Below are positions 57,628 to 64,000 of a DNA stretch of 64,000 bases, one piece after another. The stretch is from an uncultured Armatimonadia bacterium. Lineage in GTDB: Bacteria > Armatimonadota > Zipacnadia > CAVVLO01. The stretch covers positions 800,001 through 864,000 of the forward strand of contig CAVVLO010000001.1 in NCBI GenBank assembly GCA_963749155.1, given 5' to 3'. Numbering within the stretch: position 1 is the first letter of the stretch; the number at the start of each line of letters is the position of its first letter. The notes below the pieces were generated by a model that saw only the letters and a program-made list of their open reading frames with translations, was not told the DNA's origin and did no database searches. A program made the position numbers and the translations under genes.

Positions 57628-59013
57628 ATGAAGCTATTCAATACGATGACTCGCAGGAAAGAGGAATTTGTGCCAATTGCCCCACCCAAAGTGGGCTTCT
57701 ATACCTGCGGGCCGACCGTTTACAACCGAGTGCATATCGGTAACCTGCGCACCTTCCTCTTCGAGGATCTGCTGCGGCGCTGGCTCAAGTTCCGGGGCTT
57801 CGAGCCCTACCAGGTGATGAATCTTACCGACGTGGATGACAAGACTATCCGCGGCGCAAGCGAGCAGGGCGTAAGCCTGGACGAGTATACGGCGCCGTAT
57901 ATCGAGCTGTTCTACGAGGACATCAAGAAACTTAATATCGAGCCGGCCGAGGTCTATCCCCGCGCCACGCTGCATATCGCCGAGATGGTCGAGCTGGTAA
58001 AGCAACTAAGGGCGAATGGGCTTACTTATGAAAGCGAGGGCTCTATCTATTTTTCGATCGGTCGGTTCGCTGATTATGGCAAGCTGTCGGGGATACGCCC
58101 AAGCGAACTCAAGTGCGGGGTGCGCGTCGAGCTGGACGAGTATGAGAAAGACGATGCGCGCGATTTCGTGCTGTGGAAGGCCGCAAAGCCAGGCGAGCCG
58201 AGTTGGGATACCGAACTGGGCAAAGGCCGGCCCGGCTGGCATATCGAGTGCTCGGCGATGTCGATGAAGTATCTTGGCGCGACGCTGGATATCCATACCG
58301 GCGGCGTGGACAATATGTTTCCGCATCATGAGAACGAGATAGCCCAGAGCGAGGCCGCAACGGGAAAGCCTTTCGTCAAATACTGGCTGCATGCCGAGCA
58401 CCTGCTGGTAGATGGCGAGAAGATGTCAAAGTCGAAAGGCAACTTCTATACGCTTGGCGATCTGCTGGAGAAGGGCATCGACCCAATTGATGTGCGGTTC
58501 GCGCTGCTACAGACCCATTATCGCTCTCAGTACAACTTCACGCTGGAAGGCGTTGCCCAGGCGCATGCAGGCAGGCGCAGGCTGCAGGACTTCTATGCGC
58601 GGCTCGCGGAAGTGGATGCAGAAGGCCTTGCAAGCCCGGAAGTGACCGAGCTGGTTCAACAAACGCGCCAACGATTTGTCGAGGCTGGAGACGATGACCT
58701 AAATATCCCCGAGGCGCTGGGGCAGGTCTTCGCGATGATGCCCAGGGCCAACTCACTGCTGGATGAGAGCAAGCTTACGAAAGCAGATGCCGAAGCGCTC
58801 GCAAAACTGCTCGAGGATTTCGATCGAGTATTGGGCGTGCTGGAGCGGGAATCTCAATTGCTGGATGCCGACGTCGAGGCGCTGATGATGGAGCGCGAAC
58901 AGGCGCGTAAAGACCGCAATTTCGCGCGCTCGGACGAGATTAGAGACCTGCTGAAGGCCCAAGGGATCCTGCTCGAAGATACTGCCAAAGGGACGAGGTG
59001 GAAGCGCGAATGA
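57628..59013 (+). CDS. cysS: cysteine--tRNA ligase
   Basis: YTCGPTVY, HIGN, GRPGWHIECSAM, FPHHENEIAQS, KMSKS; GGAGG RBS before ATG 57628. Confidence 0.98.
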   Translation: MKLFNTMTRRKEEFVPIAPPKVGFYTCGPTVYNRVHIGNLRTFLFEDLLRRWLKFRGFEPYQVMNLTDVDDKTIRGASEQGVSLDEYTAPYIELFYEDIKKLNIEPAEVYPRATLHIAEMVELVKQLRANGLTYESEGSIYFSIGRFADYGKLSGIRPSELKCGVRVELDEYEKDDARDFVLWKAAKPGEPSWDTELGKGRPGWHIECSAMSMKYLGATLDIHTGGVDNMFPHHENEIAQSEAATGKPFVKYWLHAEHLLVDGEKMSKSKGNFYTLGDLLEKGIDPIDVRFALLQTHYRSQYNFTLEGVAQAHAGRRRLQDFYARLAEVDAEGLASPEVTELVQQTRQRFVEAGDDDLNIPEALGQVFAMMPRANSLLDESKLTKADAEALAKLLEDFDRVLGVLERESQLLDADVEALMMEREQARKDRNFARSDEIRDLLKAQGILLEDTAKGTRWKRE

Positions 59014-59945
59014 GGGTAGCTTTCTTCGGGATGTTCGAGTATGGCTCACTTGCGCTGCAAGGCTTGCTGGAGGCTGGACTGGAGATAGCCTGCGTGGTGA
59101 CAGTCCATCAGGATCCGCATAGAGAGCCTTACTTCGAGGCGACGCCACTTCACGAGGTGGCCCGGGCTGCGGGGCTGCCCCTCCACGAGCCAGAGAGTGT
59201 AAGGACTGACAAGTTTCGCGCGCTGCTTGCCAGCCACAAGCCTGATATGGGCGCAATTGCCTTGTTCGATAAACTGTTGCCAGCCGAAGTGTTGAGGGTG
59301 CCGAATCAGGGCTTCCTGAACGCGCATCCCTCTCTGCTGCCGGCCTACCGCGGGCCAACGCCGCATAACTGGGTGCTTATCAACGGAGAGACCAAAACTG
59401 GTGTCTCCATCCATCAGGTTAATCCCGAGATGGACTCGGGTGCCGTCCTGCTGCAGGCAAGTTGTGCTATCGAGCCTGATGATACCGCCGATATTGTTAT
59501 GCACAAGATCGCAAAGCTTGCGAGCAAAGCGCTGCCAGAGGGGCTTAAGCAGGTCGAGGCGGGGAAGGCTCACTTTATGCCGCAGGACCCGGCGCGCGCG
59601 ACCTATTTCCCCCGCAGGCGCGATGCCTACGGCATAGTGCTGTGGTGGAAGTCTGCGCAGGAAATCTATAACTTGTATCGCGGGATGCTTCCAAGGCCAG
59701 GCGCCTTTACTTATCACCATAGTCGAAAGCTTGGGCTGCTAAGGGCAAAACTCGTGCCTTCGCCCAGCTCGCAGGCGCAGCACCTCGAAGCGGGGGGAGT
59801 GTTGCAGGTTACCCCCGAAGGGGTATGGGTGCAATGCGGGCAGGGCCAGGTGCTGCTGGAAGAGCTGCTGCTCGAAGGGCAACCTGTTGCCGCAAGTGAA
59901 TATGCCGCCCGGTACAAGCTGGTCGCGGGCGATCATCTGGGTTAG
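59010..59945 (+). CDS. N10-formyl-THF-dependent formyltransferase (Fmt / ArnA N-terminal-like)
   Basis: NAHPSLLPAYRG, NWVLINGETKTGVS, MDSG, ATYFPRR, PRPGAFT; ATGA overlap with cysS. Confidence 0.88.
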   Translation: MRVAFFGMFEYGSLALQGLLEAGLEIACVVTVHQDPHREPYFEATPLHEVARAAGLPLHEPESVRTDKFRALLASHKPDMGAIALFDKLLPAEVLRVPNQGFLNAHPSLLPAYRGPTPHNWVLINGETKTGVSIHQVNPEMDSGAVLLQASCAIEPDDTADIVMHKIAKLASKALPEGLKQVEAGKAHFMPQDPARATYFPRRRDAYGIVLWWKSAQEIYNLYRGMLPRPGAFTYHHSRKLGLLRAKLVPSPSSQAQHLEAGGVLQVTPEGVWVQCGQGQVLLEELLLEGQPVAASEYAARYKLVAGDHLG

Positions 59946-59954
59946 AGGAGAATA

Positions 59955-60350
59955 ATGAAAGCACTGCTTGAAAAAATAAAGTTCGATGAGAAGGGGCTTA
60001 TTCCCTTCATCACGCAGGACGCCAACACCAAAGAGGTGCTGACGCTCGCGTATATGAACGATGAAGCTTTGAAGCTGACACTCGAGACAGGCAAGATACA
60101 CGTCTTCCGCCGGTCGCGCGGGCGCGTGATGATGAAGGGTGAAACCAGCGGGATGGTGCAGGAAGTAAAGGAGATTCGCCTGGACTGCGAGGGCAATTCA
60201 CTACTCATCCTCGCCGAGCCCAAGGGCCCAGCTTGCCACAAGATGTTCTGGACCTGCTATTTCGAAGAATACAAGCCCGACTCGGACAGCTTCGTAACAC
60301 ATGGTGAGCCGCTGCTCGATCCAAAAGAGGTTTACAAGGGCAAAGAGTAG
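59955..60350 (+). CDS. hisI: phosphoribosyl-AMP cyclohydrolase
   Basis: KFDEKGLIP, VLTLAYMN, SR...KGETSG, LDC, GPACH...TCY. Confidence 0.9.
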   Translation: MKALLEKIKFDEKGLIPFITQDANTKEVLTLAYMNDEALKLTLETGKIHVFRRSRGRVMMKGETSGMVQEVKEIRLDCEGNSLLILAEPKGPACHKMFWTCYFEEYKPDSDSFVTHGEPLLDPKEVYKGKE

Positions 60351-60374
60351 CCAGCCAAATAACAACACAAAAAG

Positions 60375-60403
60375 AAACCGGGCCTTTCGGGGCCCGGTTT
60401 TTT
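60375..60403. terminator. bidirectional intrinsic terminator
   Basis: AAACCGGGCCT-ttcg-GGGCCCGGTTTTTT between convergent genes. Confidence 0.85.
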
Positions 60404-60425
60404 GTGAGTTTTTAGAGAGGCATGG

Positions 60426-60914
60426 TTACTTGATTACCGAGGCAAGCGCTCTGGCTTCGCCATATTTGGCAAGTGAGCCTCCGAGCAGGCCATAGATTAG
60501 CCCCACGAGCCAAACTCCGGTGAGCATGCCAGCCCAATAGCGGACGCCCCCAATAGGGACGAAGTGCCTCCGACACCAGCGGCGCCATTTTACAGCGCCC
60601 CAACGGGCGCCCCAGAAGGCCGCCCACAGGGCATAACCACCGATAAACAAGGCGATTACGCGGCACCAGGCGGTTCCAATCAGGGTGCAAGCGGAAGCAC
60701 CGATAAGCAGTCCACCAACGAGCAACAAAATGGAAAGCCGGATTGCAAGAGCAGCCTCATCGAGGGTCTCGCTACGGACACGTTCGACGCATTTGGTGCA
60801 GATGATACTGCCAGCTACCCTGTTACCACAGGAGGCGCAGATAGGGCGATGACAGGTACTGCAAGAACCCACCGCCGGCCTGCTGGTATGGATGTGACAG
60901 AACTGGGAGGTCAT
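60426..60914 (-). CDS. B-box-type zinc-finger membrane protein
   Basis: CxxH-x7-CxxC-x4-CxxC-x9-CxxC at the N-terminus, then about three TM segments. Confidence 0.75.
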   Translation of the reverse strand: MTSQFCHIHTSRPAVGSCSTCHRPICASCGNRVAGSIICTKCVERVRSETLDEAALAIRLSILLLVGGLLIGASACTLIGTAWCRVIALFIGGYALWAAFWGARWGAVKWRRWCRRHFVPIGGVRYWAGMLTGVWLVGLIYGLLGGSLAKYGEARALASVIK

Positions 60915-61126
60915 AGCTCTCTCTCACCCCGCAAGGTAACAAACTATATACTTTGATTATACAAGACATCACAAACTCTGCAAGGTTGCAAGTCTAATCG
61001 GCTCCTAATAAATATTTTTCTTGGGGGAAGAAGATATTTTTAATCTTGCAGGGAGATTACGTCTCCTGAATCCCGTTGCCGCCGGGCGGCGCAAGGCATA
61101 CAATGGGGCCTCCGGAGGCTACCAGG

Positions 61127-62011
61127 ATGATGGAACAACTGGCCCGATATGCTCGCCTTGCTGAAGCTGAACTTGAGGTAGTGCTGCCCCCTGTCGAAGG
61201 GCCTCAGGCTCGGTTGCACGAAGCAATGCGATATGCCGTGATGGGTGGTGGCAAACGCCTGCGTCCCGCACTTGTGCTGGCGTCGGCCGAAGCCTTTGGC
61301 GGAGCCCTTGGGCAGGCGTTGCCCGCTGCCTCGGCAGTCGAGTTAGTCCACTGTTTCAGCCTGGTACATGATGATCTGCCCGCTCTCGATAATGACGAGT
61401 TGAGGCGCGGCAGGCCAACTTGTCACAAAATATTTACTGAATCCACCGCCATCCTTGCGGGCGATGCACTGCTGGCGCTGGGCTTTGAGGTGTTGGCGCT
61501 GCATCAGCCCAAAAGGGGCCTTAGCGCCGAGATCACTGTTGAGACTCTGAGAATACTGGGGCGCGCCATCGGCAGCCTGGGGGTTGCGGGAGGCGAGTTC
61601 GTAGACCTGGAGATGGAAGGCCAGGACGTGACTGCCGCACAACTGGAGTTTATCCACCTCAACAAGACAGCCGCCCTCATCGAGGCTTGTTTACTGCTTG
61701 GAGCAACAGTCGCCGGGGCTCGGACCAGTCTGCGCGAGGCAGCTGGCGAATATGGACGCAACCTGGGTTTGCTCTTCCAGCTTGTAGATGATTTGCTTGG
61801 CGAAGTAGGCGATGAGGCCAAGACTGGCAAGCCCGTCGGGCGAGACCGTGAGCTTGGCAAGGCTACCTATGTGCGTTTGTATGGACTGGAAGGCGCCCGG
61901 GCCGAGGCCGAGAGGCTTGCGGCCAAGGCGCGCGAGCTGGCTGACAGGTTCGAGCCGGCAGAGGGTTTCTTCCACCAGCTTGTGGATTACGTGACGGGGA
62001 GAGAAGCCTGA
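61127..62011 (+). CDS. ispA: short-chain polyprenyl diphosphate synthase (FPP/GGPP synthase)
   Basis: GGKRLRP, SLVHDDLPALDNDELRRGRPTCH, AILAGDAL, KTAAL, FQLVDDLL, GKATY. Confidence 0.9.
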   Translation: MMEQLARYARLAEAELEVVLPPVEGPQARLHEAMRYAVMGGGKRLRPALVLASAEAFGGALGQALPAASAVELVHCFSLVHDDLPALDNDELRRGRPTCHKIFTESTAILAGDALLALGFEVLALHQPKRGLSAEITVETLRILGRAIGSLGVAGGEFVDLEMEGQDVTAAQLEFIHLNKTAALIEACLLLGATVAGARTSLREAAGEYGRNLGLLFQLVDDLLGEVGDEAKTGKPVGRDRELGKATYVRLYGLEGARAEAERLAAKARELADRFEPAEGFFHQLVDYVTGREA

Positions 62012-62859
62012 TGGAGGTGCTTGTCGCCGATTATGCGGGCTTCTGCTACGGCGTAAAACGCGCCTTGGGCATCGTGGATGAGGCGCTCGAGGCGGGCCAG
62101 GGGCCGGTTTCCTCGCTGGGGCCGCTTATTCACAACCGCCAGGTGGTGGACAGGCTTAAGGAACGCGGGCTTGCGGAGGTTGCTTCTCCCGCTGAAGCCG
62201 AAACCGGCGCCTTGGTAATCCGAAGCCACGGGGTTGGCCCGCAGGCTTTCGATGAGGCGCGCGGGGCAGGGCTTACCATCCTGGATGCCACCTGCACCTT
62301 CGTCAAAAGGGCCCAGCAGGCGGCGCGAGATTTCGTGGAGCAGGGCTTCGAGACCTTTATTGTAGGGGAGGCGGACCATCCCGAAGTGGTTGCCATCGTG
62401 GCCTGGACAGAGGGCCAGGCACGCGTGTTCGATCCCCTGCAGGAGCCGCCGGTACCCAAAGGCAGCAAGCTGGCGGTCGTGGCACAGACTACTCAGAACC
62501 TGGCTACGCTTCAGCAAGCGACAAGTTATCTTTTGAATTATGCTCGAGAGTTGCATATAGCCAATACGGTGTGCGGCGCTACGACCAACAGGCAGCAGGC
62601 GGCCGAGAAGCTCGCGCGCGAAGTAGATGTGCTCGTGGTAGTGGGTGGTTTCCATTCGGCCAATACCAGGCGGCTGGCGCAAATAGGCAGCGAAATCACA
62701 ACTACTCACCATGTGGAGACTGCCGAAGAGGTCAAGGCCTCCTGGTTCGAAGGCGCAGGGCGAGTAGGCGTTACTGCGGGAGCTTCGACTTCGCAAGAGA
62801 TACTGGATGAAGTAGTCCAGCGTATTGTAGCTCTCGGCAAGCAACTGGAACAGGAGTAG
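62011..62859 (+). CDS. ispH: 4-hydroxy-3-methylbut-2-enyl diphosphate reductase
   Basis: AGFCYGV, LIHN, IRSHG, DATC, HPEV, QTT, TVCGATTNRQ, SANT, GVTAGAST. Confidence 0.97.
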   Translation: MEVLVADYAGFCYGVKRALGIVDEALEAGQGPVSSLGPLIHNRQVVDRLKERGLAEVASPAEAETGALVIRSHGVGPQAFDEARGAGLTILDATCTFVKRAQQAARDFVEQGFETFIVGEADHPEVVAIVAWTEGQARVFDPLQEPPVPKGSKLAVVAQTTQNLATLQQATSYLLNYARELHIANTVCGATTNRQQAAEKLAREVDVLVVVGGFHSANTRRLAQIGSEITTTHHVETAEEVKASWFEGAGRVGVTAGASTSQEILDEVVQRIVALGKQLEQE

Positions 62860-62863
62860 CAGC

Positions 62864-63517
62864 TTGATATTTGACCTGCATCTGCATACCTCGCGTTACT
62901 CGGAGTGTGCTCAGCACTCGCCCAAAGAGGTGGTCCGGGCCTCCAAAGACTTGGGCCTTGAAGGCATCGTCATCACAGAGCATCACCGGCTGTGGAGTGA
63001 GAGGGAGCTTGCCGAACTGCGCGAGTGGTCCGGGCCTGAGCTTATGGTATTCTCAGGTGTTGAAGTGAGTTGCTTCGATGGGGGCACCCACCTGGGCGAC
63101 TATGTTGTGCTCGGGGCGCCCTCGCGGTCTCGCTATCCTCGTAATCCCACCGACCTGATTGATTGGGCTCACTCAGAAGGCGCCATCGTTTGGGCCGCTC
63201 ATCCGTATCGGTACAACTGGGGTTGCTTCGACCTGGTTTATGAACTTGCTGTTGATGCGATTGAAGTCTGGCATCCCCTGCATGATGAAGAGCAGGAAGG
63301 CTGGGCGCGCCAGGCCGCCGAGACGCTGGGCGTGCCCCAGCTTGCGGTAAGTGATGCGCATGTGCCCGAGCAAGTCGGAACCAATGCGATCGATACGAAC
63401 AAGCCGATCTGTGAACTCGCAGAATTGATGGAAACGATCCGGACTGGCGCCTTCACTCCTCTGCTCCAGTTCGGATTTACCCAACGGCTGGCAGCGAGAA
63501 AGAGAGGCCTTTCCTGA
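62864..63517 (+). CDS. PHP domain phosphoesterase
   Basis: DLHLHT, ITEH, GVE, AHPYR, SDAH. Confidence 0.88.
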   Translation: MIFDLHLHTSRYSECAQHSPKEVVRASKDLGLEGIVITEHHRLWSERELAELREWSGPELMVFSGVEVSCFDGGTHLGDYVVLGAPSRSRYPRNPTDLIDWAHSEGAIVWAAHPYRYNWGCFDLVYELAVDAIEVWHPLHDEEQEGWARQAAETLGVPQLAVSDAHVPEQVGTNAIDTNKPICELAELMETIRTGAFTPLLQFGFTQRLAARKRGLS

Positions 63518-63518
63518 G

Positions 63519-64000
63519 ATGCTCTGGGACATCCACACGCATACTTCGAAGTACTCCGGCTGCGGACACCATACCCCGGAAGAACTGGTCGATGCGGCCC
63601 TAGCTATCGGGCTGAGAGGCCTTGTCATAACCGACCATCGGTATGTCTGGCAGCTGGAAGAACTGGCCGAGTTGCAGGCATATGCGGGAAGCGACCTGCT
63701 GGTGCTGACAGGCGGTGAGGCCACATGCCATTCGCCCGAAGGGAAGCACCTGGGAGATTATCTTGTGTTCGGCTTGCCAAGTCTGGAAGGATGCCCTGGC
63801 GAACCGAAGGCGCTGATCGAGTGGGCCCATTCCCAGGGCGGGCTGGTAATTGTGGCCCATCCCTATCGTATAGGCAGCGGTTGCGGCGACCTGGTCTATG
63901 AACTGGACGTAGATGCGGTCGAGGTGTGGAATCCCAACCATCTGCCTGACCAGGTCGAGGCCTCTCGCCAGGCGGCCCTTGCACTGGGCAAACCAATGAC
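63519..64000 (+). CDS. second PHP domain phosphoesterase, truncated by the window end (absent from the ORF track)
   Basis: MLWDIHTHTSKYSGC, ITDH, HLGDYLVFG, AHPYR, DLVYELDVDAVEVWNP; paralogue of the preceding gene. Confidence 0.88.
   Translation, partial: MLWDIHTHTSKYSGCGHHTPEELVDAALAIGLRGLVITDHRYVWQLEELAELQAYAGSDLLVLTGGEATCHSPEGKHLGDYLVFGLPSLEGCPGEPKALIEWAHSQGGLVIVAHPYRIGSGCGDLVYELDVDAVEVWNPNHLPDQVEASRQAALALGKPM

Noticed and set aside
60915..61075. AT-rich segment with imperfect inverted repeats as replication origin or ncRNA
   Set aside because: Short divergent promoter region; no DnaA-box cluster or convincing RNA structure
1..64000. tRNA, rRNA, transposase, integrase, prophage or anti-phage defence genes
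   Set aside because: None recognised by eye; a covariance-model and HMM scan would be needed to exclude small RNAs

Overview
GC-rich, gene-dense chromosomal window from a probably anaerobic bacterium (pyruvate:ferredoxin oxidoreductase, flavodiiron protein, superoxide reductase, 2x[4Fe-4S] ferredoxin). Two DUF6785/DUF6784-like membrane proteins and many secreted glycoside hydrolases suggest an Armatimonadota-like lineage (inference only). The left half (1-32 kb) is accessory: peptidase/redoxin genes, sugar ABC permeases, a PadR locus with a 4x palindromic operator array, GH32, GH38, sugar isomerases, FprA-SOR, a broken pentapeptide/ion-channel gene, a ~1280-aa secreted hydrolase and a putative polyphosphate module (two thymidylate-kinase-like genes, ROK-Mth938 fusion, CHAD, stand-alone Ppx-type HD domain). 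The right half is mostly core: PBP1A, mrdA, rpsB-tsf-pyrH-frr-(small ORF)-ferredoxin-uppS-(cdsA-slot gene)-dxr-rseP-ispG-GNAT-proS, recR-porCDAB, cysS, formyltransferase, hisI, ispA-ispH, two PHP genes. Many genes between ~3.4 and 32 kb carry single-base frameshifts that look like sequencing errors; none is evident after 32 kb. A recurring GnAGGA-N16-CGAA (SigH-like) promoter motif precedes most carbohydrate-utilisation genes. No tRNA, rRNA, CRISPR array or mobile element was recognised.
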